A stretch of 61,759 nt of DNA, counting the filler, from Sphacelaria rigidula (lineage: Eukaryota): NCBI GenBank assembly GCA_964200075.2. It is 8 parts of 8 records of this genome, joined end to end, with 100 filler letters (N's around TTAATTAATTAA, not from the genome) between each part and the next. Parts side by side here need not be neighbours in the genome. Positions count along the whole stretch, not along the records: positions 1 to 7,633 come from CAXNAA020014015.1; positions 7,734 to 15,366 come from CAXNAA020014016.1; 6 more parts are not named here. The stretch is one strand, 5' to 3'. A program made the translations under genes and the position numbers. Below, piece by piece: positions 1-12,300 of the stretch; within the stretch, counting starts at the first letter, position 1; each line of letters starts with the position of its first letter. The notes under the pieces were generated by a model. That model did not search any database and was not told where the DNA came from. It was given only the letters and a program-made list of their open reading frames with translations.

Positions 1-528
1 TCGATTGACGCCGCGGATGATGAATTATAATTTCAGTACAATGCCTCCATAACGTTGAAAAGGAACAACAATGTAGGTGTGGACCGTGGCAAACTTTTGA
101 GGGATTTGTTTTTTCTGTTCCGAATGCCACGTGGTCGGTGTCATGAGTTCAAAAGGTACAAGTCGCGCCGTGCTTTTCTGCGCTTGTGCTCTGCACCCAC
201 CCATGCGGTGTTACCCGTACAGCGCAGGAGAGTACGCGAAGAGCCGTGCTACCATAGGTTGGGTGTTTGATTCCAGGGGGAACAGACTCATAGATGTTTC
301 GGACAATCCAACACACTCGCCGTGCGCGTGTATTTGGGTAAAATGGCGTCAAGCAGTATAAATGAGCATCATTTATCTGCAACACGCCCGTTGTGAAGAT
401 CGTTGCTCCTAAAATCGATTCGAAGTTGATTAGAGTGGAAGCAACGACCCACAACACCCCCCGTCCTATCCTAGCATGGCTTTAGTTGTTTACGCTGTCC
501 CCGTACCGTTGAATACGCGACAGCAATA

Positions 529-750
529 TACTCGACTTAACGGCCGACGAGGGAAAAGGACTGTTGAACCCCTCTCGCGATGAAATATAAGGGCAAGCAC
601 CGGGGAAGAAATGTGGAGTACAGAAAACAAACAAAAAATGAAAAACTCCTGTGTTGGCCCTCCTCCTGTGTGACCCCGGCTGGTGCGCCTACGTATACCG
701 CGAGGTGTAGACCGGCGTCCAGAATAGATGGGACGACAACTCACACACAG
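529..750 (+). mobile_element. 5'-truncated copy of tRNA-derived SINE family A (core plus 3' tail)
   Basis: 529-570 (ctcgacttaacggccgacgagggaaaaggactgttgaac) matches the post-tRNA core of the SINE at 28390-28777 (rc ttcgactcaacggtcgacgggggaaagggaccgctgaac). 645-750 matches 22365-22465 in reverse (cagccg.ggtcacacaggaggaagg). Confidence 0.6.
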
Positions 751-1608
751 TATCGTCAACACAGCCTCCGGATACGAACCCGCCACAGTACACCGCGTTG
801 GGTACAAGGGCAGTGCACTTCGGCGCCCGAAAGTCATTCACAAGTCCTGCCCACGTCGGTGTGTCGTACAGCACTAATGAGTTCAGACAGCTGAGATTTG
901 TACTGTTGTAGTACTGATGTTGCATGTTGCAGTACTATTATTGCACTGACTGTGCTGTCTCTGGACAGTTTTGTATGCTTCCTGTAGTAAGTGTTGTGTA
1001 CTGCACTACTGTCTGTAGTAAAAGTGTGAGCATGCCCGCCCTCCTACCGTAGTGTTCCCCAGGGCTCTGCATCGACGGCTGCAAGCACGTCGACAAGAAA
1101 GGTTCCTCGGGTTGAAGTGTAAACATGAGTCGGAAGTTTGGGACGGCAGAATGCCCTACACCGTGAGCTGCCATCGGAGGTGGTGCCCACAAACAGAGAC
1201 GAGCTGCTCGAGTTCTACAGTTATTCTACATGTAGCTTCGACTTTCCGATGCCAATTGATATTGTAGGTCATCGGGAGAGAGAGGGTGTTCCAAACGGAG
1301 GTCTAGCGTCAAAGGGACTATGTCGAGATCCTCGTAGCGTCTGCATGAGTGACCCAATTCAGCCCTTCCACGTCATCTTTAGCCAGGTCGACAGGTGCCT
1401 CTGTTCCTCCGTTCGCCTCCACGCAGCTGGGATTACTGCGTAGAGTGAACCTTCATCGGGAACTACTGTACTTTCTCATAGCTTACATAGTTTCCCCGCA
1501 AAGTTTTCGGGATAATCAGCGGCATCTGGCGCCAAAAATATCGAGTAACCCCAATACCTCTCGGCAAGATCCATGTTTCTCGTGTCACAGCGCGGTCCCG
1601 TTGGTATA

Positions 1609-1676
1609 CAGGTAGAGTACTCCGAGATCCAGGTAGAGTACTCCGAGATCCAGGTAGAGTACTCCGAGATCCAGGT
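1609..1676. repeat. Tandem repeat, 21-bp unit caggtagagtactccgagatc x3.2
   Basis: Three perfect copies read directly. Confidence 0.95.
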
Positions 1677-1959
1677 TTATACCACGATCACAGCGCTGGC
1701 AACAGGGCCGCTTAGGTGCCAACGTAAGCATGTCTAAGCAGCTCCCTCACACTCTGAGGCCCATCTCGATGAATACTCAGTGCCGTACAACTATGAAGGC
1801 ATCTTTGTGCTCACTACGATATGAGCAAAGGCACGGTGGAAGTTGGCAAGACCAGACGGTGTGGTGCTACCCCCTTTGTGGTAGTCGTGGGAACGGTGGC
1901 AGTAGTTGGAGCGAGCTCATGTCTAGAACCGCAATTTTGATACTCACCCTTGTCGACCA

Positions 1960-2140
1960 TCCTTCGAAGATGTCTTATATCCCATTCTCTGCACCAGTAT
2001 TCTCCCTTCTCCAGCACTGCCATCCCTGTCGCAACTCCAGCGTCTGTGCAGCACACATGACGGTGCCGCAATGAGCACTGGAACCGAGCACCTTGTGTTT
2101 CCGGTACACTCTGAGTGTCATGTTCCATATTCAGAGAACA
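1960..2140 (-). pseudogene. Possible Mutator-like (MULE-related) DDE transposase relic
   Basis: Translation SLNME-x25-TDAGVATGMAV-x11-DIRHLRR reproduces the S..ME / hhTD....A / (C/D)xxH spacing of Mutator-like catalytic cores. Flanking frames are closed by stops. Confidence 0.35.
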
Positions 2141-5100
2141 CCCGTTTCGGAATAGTTTACTGCTCTATCCTGTCGGGCGTGTATCACCACGGTCAGGGCA
2201 GGCCCTCCGACCAATTAGTTCCGATGCTTGTCACTACTATCACTCCTATGGGTACTACTCATTGCACAGGTTGTAGGACCTGTTCAAGAATGTATAAGGC
2301 GCGGCTTCTGAAGATGCAGCGGCTGCTCAGCGGCTACATGCTGAGACGGCTATGGCAACAGGGGGTCATGGGATTGCGGCTTCGGTAAAGGACCAGGGAG
2401 CGATAATCACTGTTGTGTACACAGGCATGGCAGGCGGGGCATGAGAGCTATGAGTGGCGAGACAGGTGCGCTGGTATTTCGGTACGGTAAGCAACGATTA
2501 TAGCTGGTCCATGGCGCTGTGGCATCAGTGTTATGCCTGAAGCTGCTTACCCCACTGCCAATTTGACTCCTCTCATGATATGGCCAGACCCATGCACGTG
2601 CCGCAAGAACAGACCAGAACAACTGTACAGCGTACAGTACAACAGAATTGCAAACGGCAGCCGTGGTCTGAGACCGATAAGTGCATTTCAGGATTTCACA
2701 GCGGGGGAGGTGACCTAACCACTTCAGCCGTGCAGACTACAGCACTACGGGTACAGCGCAGTTCTGAAAGGCCAGCCAGTCGTAGTACACGTAGTACGGC
2801 ACTGAGGCGAGTGCATCGCAGATGCCCGCATGTTGTGCTGCTGGTTCACAGATATTTGACAAAACCTGGAACCCTCGAAGACATGTTGGATAGTGGTGAG
2901 GCTGAGGGTTGACCTGCCAAGGGCACCTTGTCAGTGCAGTACGGCTCACCTCCCACAGGAATAACTCAAAGTGAAATCAAACATCTTCGCACGAAGCGCG
3001 ATTATGGCCGAGCTTTTGAGAATCGCCACTGGGCAAAAATCGAGGACCCACCCGAAATCAGGGAAGGAACTATCGAAAGGGACATCTCCTGTACCACTGT
3101 GCTGCAGCACAAACACACTCATGTTCTGTCTTGTGTGCTGTAGCTGTAGCCGTGCTGTGGCGTGTTCAGGCCTTTGTGGAGACAGTTTGATCTCTGCTGG
3201 CAGTGCCCGAGTTGCTTCATATTGCCATTCGGTTCGTCTCTATAAAAAATAATGTTGTCGGCACTCAGTGCTCTCTACACACCCTTGAAACGGTCATGGT
3301 GTGTTGGCTGTTTCGTCTCGAGTCGAAGGAATCAGGCGCTCCCCAAACCCATCATTTCTATGCTGTAGTTCTCGCTGTGCTGTCGGGCATCTAAGCACTC
3401 TACGACGATCACGGTGCGATGTGCACTGGAGAGTGCCTGATCAGTTGTACTGCTGCATGCCGTGTTTCGGACTGCACAGAATTGGAGTGGGATCAAGGTG
3501 CTGTCGAAACAAAGAAAGGTTGAAACAATTGTCACGTGACGGCTGTACAGCTGTCTGTTGAGTCTTCTCTGGTAGTCCAGTTATAGTCGGGTGCTGTGAT
3601 TGGGTAAAACTCGCCGGGCGAGTGCGTGCAGGTTGAGACAAACCAACTCAGCCAGCACGGAGCTGCTGTATCCTCGTTTTTTTTCCATTAGAAGCTGTCT
3701 GAATCGAAGGGGCGCAATGTATGGACCAATCAAGGCTGCTTTTTGACTTATCTCCTACTCATATATCTCATCTGAATGAAAAAAAGGTCGCCGCATTTTG
3801 GTGTATTTAAATACTCTGATTGTTCGAGGAACCTTGCCACTCATGAATCTTGCCCCTATACGTGGGCCCAATGCCTACAATACAGTAGCGAGCCTGCTCC
3901 CCACGCTGGGCGTAGTGGCGGCAGGCGTGGTGCAACCTCGGATCCAGGTACTCGGGGTTGACGTTATCCCTTCGGTGCTAACAGTGCCGCTTACAAAGTC
4001 GTTGATACTGATTGCCTGTAGTACAGCAAAAGGAGGATCGTTTTTTCGTACCACAAGTGTATGAGGAGGTGGGAGCCGATTCAATCTGGGCGCAGATACA
4101 GCAGTTTTATTGAGCATACTTGCGTGTAGCCAATATGGTCGATCAGAATCTGTCGTTGTTCCAACTCGATTTCCTTACGCTAGAACCTGCTCTGCCTGTC
4201 TGTAGAGGTGGCTAGTACACCGACATTTCTGTATCGAGGGGATCTCTACCGACCACATTTGTCGGTGCCATGGGTACCGTCGCTATCGAGAGGATTGAGA
4301 TTCAGAAATGTTATCGGGGGTTACCATAGCCACGGACATGACGGTATTTCGACCTCTGGAGTATCCAACCCCTGCAAGAGGCGCCCGTCCAAGCGACGGC
4401 ACGGTCCAAGGGCCGATCTGTGCGCCGATTGGGTCGACCGTTGAACCGTCAACTGGCAGCCCTTTGCTGAGTGAGCATACTGTTCACTTGAAGAATGTCG
4501 AGATTATGAGCTCATCTGCGGGTGTTGAATGGGCTGGCGTCGCACGCTAGGCGGTGCCCACCTGATTTGGACTCTCCGTGCACCCTTGTAGTGTCTCGCG
4601 CCGCGGTTTTGTGTAGTGGCCTTTTGAAATGGTACAGTATTTCTAACGTAGAGGTACTTCATATCGTCAAGATTTTCGGATCTGCAGTTGTGCTTCGTCG
4701 TGTCTCAACACGGATGTACATGAATGCACAGTACACAGGAAAGTGCTGAACTTGGGAGGGAACCTCTTGTGCCGTCATCAATCCGTGCACTACAGTTCCG
4801 TGATACAGAAGTACATGGGGACCGTTTTGTAGGCATTGTTACGTGCTGCTGAATACAGGCCAAGGCATCTCGTAAAAGCAAATGAACGCACGAAATCGTA
4901 GCTGAAGAGAGCGAGGGGAAGTGCCAATCAGCTCTCACCCTTGTCAACCCCCGCCTCCATAGTTGGGTGCATTTGTTTCCCCGAAGCCGAGAAATGGTCA
5001 CGTTGATCAGCACGTTCCCCTTTTCGAGTTTTGACTCATGTTTGCGCAAGCAGACCGTAACTTGTTTCTCACAAGTTGGTCAAGGTTCCCTTTCTGGGCT

Positions 5101-7180
5101 GCCTCAGTCAGCATTGCTATCACGTACATCAAGCACGTTCAAGAACGATCTCACCGTGGCAACCGCCCCGCCCCCTCACTGTTCTCCGTCCCCCCTAATG
5201 GTCATATTCTAGCATCCGAACGCAAGACGAGCACTCGAACTACATCGTGGATCTTGGAGGGGTGTGGAAAGATGCGGGGCGGCAGTTTCTCGGAGAACAT
5301 GTGAGCCCGCGTCAGCTCACATATTCTCTCGCCAAGCATTCGCATCGATGCGGGACGTAACGCGCTTAGCAAATATGTGTGGTTCAGTCCTTCGAGCACG
5401 AGTGTAAAGGCACCCACTGAAGATGTTTGTATATGCTGTCTCTGTCTGTTATGCATTGAAAACGTGAAATGAACAAGATTCAGCGTTACCGTCTGAGGCC
5501 ATACAAAACGATTTGACACAAGTAGTGCCGAAAGTATTGCCTGTCCGTTTATTTTTTGGAGAATCTGACTCGCCAGTGGTAGTTGGTCACCGTCCTCCAA
5601 GCCATCGTCTTTCGTGGTGGCGGTGGTGAAAGTATGAAGCTGTGCGATAGCTTGGGGAACGCATTTTTCAGGGAGTATTGGATACTTTCAGAAACAGATC
5701 GTGAGATATCTACGCCGACGATACACTTTCTCTAATCAAATATCGCGCAGCGTGCTCTTCGTACGCATATCACTTACTTCGGTGTCAGCGCATTCGTGAT
5801 TCCTTTTCATGTACGTTTTTTTCCCTCAAGTATATATTTTTCTTACTCCGTAGGCACGATCGGCTCTGCGCGTGTTTTGCACATGAGGACAAGTCCCCGA
5901 CAACTTTGTACGAGTTGAACCCGACTAATTGAGCGAAAATGCGTAGCAGAGTGATGCACGTGCAGATGACAGACAACCGGACTTTGTGCGCACCACAGAA
6001 ATGTTTTGCATGTGCTGCGTAGTGGCGGACCGCTTAACGTACTTGGGTCAGTGAAACACTGCACACAAAACCCTCACGCTACTCTTTCGCTTTGTCATAC
6101 TTTCAACCTCTGCCCTTCCTCGAGATGAATGCATATTCCCAAGGAATCGACCAATCTCTCCCTCAGTACGTGCTTGACACTCTTCTGTAGAAACCGATCA
6201 GCAATTCCGCACCCCACCGAGTTTGGTCGACTCTCCTTGCGACTCAAGTCCCCACCTCTTGGACGAATATCACAGAACCATGCGGGAAAACAAATACTAC
6301 TAAAATACGTGAGATGTTGAGACCGCCTGTGGAACATGTTTGTAATACGAGCGTCAATCTGTACACACTTACTTGGCACTCTCACGACCTCGAAGGTCTT
6401 GCAATTGCGTCAAGAACCAAAAGGGGGCATGACAACAACGAATCGTGATGGCGCTGAATCGTAACATGGACATTCCCACCTTTGCCGTACCGCCCCCTAC
6501 CCGTCTGCAGGCAACGTTGGGGCTATGTGATACCGTGCTGATGGGATGGCATCGCAACAAGCGAAGGTGCAGCGATCTCGTGGAGGCGTTGGGGAAAGAC
6601 GTCGTCCTTCTAACTCGGGGAGGGCGGGGATAGCGAACGTGTTTTTTGGTTTGGGTTGGGTTGGGTTGACTTCACATCAGGTCTCTCCTTCGTTTGACCC
6701 GACCTCTGGTGCGCAAGTTCTGTCTGTCTCATTGCGATGAGAGCTAGCGGCACAGACCGAGGGCTGGAGATGTCGATCGCAGAGCGTTCTAGAATGTGAT
6801 TGCTGTGTGGTAGACGTTGACGCGTGGCGGATAGACGGGTAGCAACGGAGAGTTGCTGTTACGTGTATTTGCGTGTGCATCATTCTTCTATGGGGGCTGG
6901 ATCGGTTTGACCACTTTGAATTTACTCACGCGCTCATGCGAAGGAGTTGCTTGCTGTTTCTCGGTGGTTCCCTCGAGAGAGCCATCTCGTGTCCTCCCAA
7001 CGCACGCTGCCTGTCGGCAGTGACTGCTGTAGTGTGTGTGGCTGACGTGTCCATCTGTTTCTCATGGACACTCGGAAGATTTTATCCCGGCTCGCCCGGC
7101 CGACCGCAGGGTGTGAGCATTCGGCCGATGTACTCATCCGTCCGGCAGTGGTTGCGGGTTGTGTGGCATGCCTGTGTACA

Positions 7181-7500
7181 TATAATAATGTTTTCGTGAG
7201 ATTGAGAGTAGAAGATACGATTGACGGTGAAAAGCGGTCAGTTCGTGACTGAATCGTTTCGGTTCCGAAATGCCTCTCCACGAGACCCGATATGCTTTTT
7301 CTGTAATAAAGTAGCCTGCGACTGAGGCCCTTGATATCCCTGAGTAGGATATCAACTTGTAGCTGTAAGCACACGCTAGTGATGGAGGCAAAGAACAGCA
7401 CACACGGAATGAAGAAATGACCAAGTGAAAGCGAATGACCAAAGCCACTCTCAATCAGCGCTTTACCCTCAATATTCAATATCACGAAAACGTTGTTATA
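7181..7500. mobile_element. MITE (~320 bp), probable TA target duplication, Tc1/mariner-type
   Basis: Terminal inverted repeats tataataatgttttcgtgagattga / tcaatatcacgaaaacgttgttata. Second copy at 28941-29238. Confidence 0.8.
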
Positions 7501-7633
7501 TCTTGGAGGTGACCGACCAAGTGACCAGAGATGTCTTGGCATTCTCTTCTGTCGTTGGGGACTCCTGTCCCAGAAGCATTCAGTCAGGTATGTGTCGACC
7601 TGAAGACGACTTTTCCCGTCAAGTCAATCGTTC

Positions 7634-7733
7634 NNNNNNNNNNNNNNNNNNNNNNNNNNNNNNNNNNNNNNNNNNNNTTAATTAATTAANNNNNNNNNNN
7701 NNNNNNNNNNNNNNNNNNNNNNNNNNNNNNNNN
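7634..7733. other. Artificial contig linker (N44-TTAATTAATTAA-N44)
   Basis: 100-bp spacer carrying stop codons in all frames, identical at seven positions. Confidence 0.98.
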
Positions 7734-9292
7734 TTATGGGTTAAATGGCAAACAACTTACCCAACCCACAAAAATTTACGCCCCCCCCCCCCCACCCCCA
7801 TAATCTGTCCGTTTTTTTCCCAAATGTAAGAAGGATTATCGCCATCAGGAATCTGATCGAGGGAAAGCGTTGCAGCCCAGTCCCAATTGGATACCTGTGC
7901 CTGTACTCGTTGTATGTGACAGTCGGCTCGGAAGCCCTCTCCCATGATGAAGTTACTGATGAGTTTGATGCCGTCTCGCAGCATTCCCAGTGCACTCTTG
8001 ACTGTGCGTGTCGAAGTTGTAAAAAGAAAATGAGGACGGGAATGAAAACATCGCCACCGAGCGCAAATTTCGCGCAGCATTCGCTTCATCTTCAAAAGAA
8101 AAGTTACGCCAAATGTCGTCATGGCGGGCAACAGTAGCTGTATTACCCCTGTTGCCCATATTCAAGGCTTTCTTGCAAGATTTGGGTCGTTCCTTCACTC
8201 CTCGTGTATCGAGAGGCATGTCCCCCATATGTTCGACACCAACTCACCGTTGCTTTTGGTTTTTTTTTCTTTTTCGCCGCTTGTGACGCAGGAAATGACC
8301 TGTTGTTCCACGGAACTTAACTCAACGCGACGAATGTTATATCAATGCAGAGGTTACCGTATGGGCGCAGAGCCGAGCAGTGCGGTGTGCAGGTGGTTCT
8401 ACAGTCTGTATATCTTGCGTTCACGCGTCAGAAATGAAGGCAGAGTCACTCAAAAAGGCCTGTTTGGCCATTTTTATCGAGACAGGTGAAAATCTGTGTC
8501 AATAAATCGCTTCGCAAACAGATGTGTGCTCGCAAAGGCCGCTTTCAGTCTTACCGAGAATATCTTTTTCTGTTCAGATTCGAGCCAGAACTGCCCACAG
8601 ATTCGAAATACGGCGGTTCTAGCAAGTGGTGTTGGCACAACATCTGTGTTTTTGAATAACGCAATAACGAAGCACAACACCTGCACGCCGAGCCCCGAAG
8701 AAACGCGCACAGAAACAAACATCCATCTCTCCCTCGCGTTAGCCCCAACGCTAGTCCTTGCTCATCCACATGCGGCAGTCCTTGTTTGACGGGATTCGGT
8801 CCAGTATTGGAGGAAGGGTGGCCGCGTGGGTGTCAGTTTCAATCGAAGACGCGGTTGCTAACCCTCATATGTGAGTGTTGTCCGGCGCGCGTCTTACACA
8901 AGCTACTGTTTTTCTCTCGATTAATTCCGACCTGATTTGACTAAAGCGAAGGGACAACGTGCTCGCTGATCAGCATGTACGGCTCGAGCTATATGTCTGT
9001 TGTTCTTGGGGGTAGTGGGACTCCCACGTTCGTGTGTGCTCTTGCGGTCGCTAGGTTTTTGTTGCCGTTCGAGCTAAAACATTGCCGGTCCGCGCAAAAA
9101 GATTTTTCAAAGTCCCGGGCGCATTTTCAAAATCTGGTCATGCAAACAGATTTTTTTCCCAGACCTATTGCGAACGGGCATTCCATCCACCGATCTCAGG
9201 GGATGAAAGGTGAACAAATTTTGAGCGAAGATTTTTTTTTGCCTCGATAAGACACCTCCTTACCCTTCAAATTTCTGTCCTCCAGGATGCGT

Positions 9293-9347
9293 GGTCAATG
9301 GTCAAATGACTAAGGCAAGCAACAAATGAGTACGCCCCCCCCCCCCC
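9293..9347 (+). repeat. Short dispersed repeat (ggtcaatggtc...tgagtac + poly-C)
   Basis: Related copies at 15704-15770 (minus) and 61596-61710 (two tandem units). Confidence 0.75.
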
Positions 9348-12300
9348 ACCACCACCATCAGTCGCACCCACCATACTTCGTGCGGTGAAGCGGCTACGAC
9401 AAAAGACTCGCATGCTACAGGGTGCTCCTGGCGGACTTTACATTCATTGTAGTAGCTGAAATGGGACGCCTTTCCCGAAGCTGCTGACGTAACACATCAT
9501 CTGTCTCCATCGGTCCACACACTTGTTTGCATCTGCGGAGACTATTTCGAGCTTCGCTGAGCAGATGCCCACGCCCCGAATCGCGCAAGTGCCGTCGCCC
9601 GATTTTTCGCCGTAGTCGCGGCAAATAGCTATCGTAGAATACGCAATATCTGGTCTGCTTTGCGTCTGCTGGATCGACAAGCCGACAGATCGAGGAAAGG
9701 GACAGTTTGGTAGCCGTGCGGAACAGCAAGACGCGCTCTTGATGTTTTGGCGCCCCGCTGCTCGCAGATGCCCTCATTGCCAAAATATAATTCGTTCTGC
9801 ATACTGGACGCGCGCTTACTGAAACCAGATGCACCAAGAAGTTTGACGCATGATAATTCTGGTAATCTTGTTGGGTACTTCAGTTCCTCCGAGTATCGAA
9901 ATCCAGGGGTGGTCTGCAGACTGTATTTTTCGCCAAGGCGAAGACAAATCTCTTCGCACACATAGCCCATGCTCCCACGAAGACAAAGGGGGTGCCCTTC
10001 TGAAACACAAACCGCCTGCTGTTGCATATTTTGCGACTGGTGTCTGTGAGAGAGTGTTGATTTGCGGACGGTTGCCTGATGCTTACCTTTGCATCCAGAT
10101 TTTTCGCGTATTGGTTAACCCTTTGCCGGCTTCATCTCGGGTCAGTATCGCCGGTTGTCAGTCTTTGGATCTCCATCGAAGGTTTTCTTTCGTTCGAGGG
10201 AGAAGAGGTGATATTTTCTCAGGTCGCAGACGAGGCCTGTCAGATTTATCATCCGTCTTTCCACAGGACGTATGAGTCGGGAAACAAGCCTGAAAGGGAT
10301 GCAGTCACCATTTTCCATGGTCTCGATTGGTCAAGGGATTATGTTGTCGTACAAATCGCCCCATATGTCAACAGGTTGGTGGTCAAGTTGTATTTTGCCC
10401 ATTTCTGTGATGGTCACTCAACAATGAAAGGACACAAGAAAATCATTGGTGCATTGTTGCTTCTTTGTGCAGCCTTCTCAACCTGCCTGTCCCCTCTCGC
10501 GCTTTCAAGATGGTTGGACAACATGCTGTTGTGGTGTGTAGATCACTCAGCAGGGATAAAAAACAGCGTACGGTAGGCTGTGTGCAGATGAGGACGATGG
10601 CAACACTGGTGGCTGTTGTGTGCCGGTGTAGTGAACTGCTACTGAGAAACGTTGATTTTCACAGTGCAGGTGCAGGATCAGTAGTAGCGGACAGTAGAGT
10701 ACAGTTCAGACTATGTGACGTCCGTTCAGCAAACACCAAACACATGAAGTCTTGCTTGAGGTATGCCAGCACTGCCCCGAAAGTACCCAGGCTGAGGAGA
10801 TGAGGCACATGTCATGTTTGGAGCGTATACTGCAGCAATGGTGGCCAGCGTGCACCACTTACAAACCGTGAAAACATGTTTTTCACGAAAGTGGGTCAGC
10901 CAAGACGCCCATACATTTGACGTGACTCCAAACCGGTCAGGGGTTCGCCTGCAGCGAGTTTTACGCAATTTTCAACACTTGTTCATGAAAATCTGGCATT
11001 TGGTCGTTCGGAAAACAATGGTCACGAAACCAAATCAACTATGGGCGATTTGGGGCTATCTCGGGGGGGGGGGGGGGGGGGGGGGGCAAAATTTGGGGGG
11101 TGGGTGTGTTTTTGGCTGGGGGGTGTTTTTNNNNNNNNNNTTTTGGATGTCTGAAAAAGATTTGTCTAAAAAACAAACAACTATTGGGGTGTTGGTGTTT
11201 TTGGGGGGGGGGGGGGGGGGAGTCGTGGTCCAAGATTTGAGCGATGTGTGTTTTGTTGCTCTAGTGTGCTTTATTCAGTGAAAAAGAGAAATGGTTGTGT
11301 GTGTCTTGAAGGCCATGTGCTTACATGCATGGTACACACGCTGGTGTTCTTTGAGAGTCGCCTTTTTTTGTGGTTCCAGTGGGAAAACCGTATTTCTCGC
11401 CTCGAAAAATGTTTTTTTTTTTCAATTTACGAGCAAGAACGATATCATTTTGATGGCACTTCTCGCGCGATTCCCTGTTGATCGCCGGTTCTGTCGCATA
11501 CCCCGTTACTGAACCACAACACAGGAGATACTCGTATCCATCACTCACCTTACCTCGCCCGGATTAATCAGATCTTCTGCCACTCGGGACCACAAATTAT
11601 GCCACCCCATATCTGTGTGCGTTCAGGGATGCCGTCATGGCAATCATGGTGTGTGGCGGCCTCAATGTTGGCTGGTGGAACCATGTGTTTCCTCTCTTAT
11701 GTGGTCAGAGTTACCTACTGTAGTCCCCTGACCCTCCCCGTACAATCAACCTGCGCCATACCTAGAAGGCACGTAGTAGTAGCGTGCAGCTCGGCATCGT
11801 TCCCTACGTTGTCCTGAGCGAGGCGTCCTGTTTATTTGTGCGGTATTGGGTGGCTCGGGTCGCTACGGTCATATTACTTTCGTTTAGGCGCCTTAACTCT
11901 CTGTAGCGAACCGCACACAGCTCGAGTGTTTGTTTCGAATTCGTGCTGCTGTTGCTGCTGCTGCTTTTCACACGTACCGCACTGCACCGCACCGCGCCGT
12001 ATGTGCTTCGGCGAGTAGCGTCGGCACTTCTCGCCGACTTGCTTGCCATACCGCAATTGTATAGGTTGCTGATTCGGGGGACTATCACGTACGCTCGTCG
12101 ATTTCAACAAATCGAGGTCTTGAACGAGAATTTCGTGACCGGCCCTTCGTAACACTGCTCATCCAGCAGTGTTCCCGCCTCAGTTAGTGTCACGTTCTTC
12201 ACCACCACCCCCAAAAACTAGACACGGCAGAGTGAAAAAAGGGGACAGCAAAGGTTAAAATGATGCTGACACACAGCAGGTCCCTGAAGCTATATCCTCA

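Noticed and set aside
4500..6400. Possible tyrosine recombinase or viral gene relic on the minus strand
   Set aside because: No R..HxxR..H/W..Y motif set or other diagnostic motif found.
7678..7689. Recurrent TTAATTAATTAA motif as a biological site
   Set aside because: Always centred in N runs; it is an artificial stop linker.
11990..12217. Minus-strand exon-like segment with in-frame TGA (KTSIC*NRR) as a selenoprotein
   Set aside because: No recognisable selenoprotein family or SECIS; neighbouring segments (11550-13700) also contain stops and shifts, so decay or chance is more likely.
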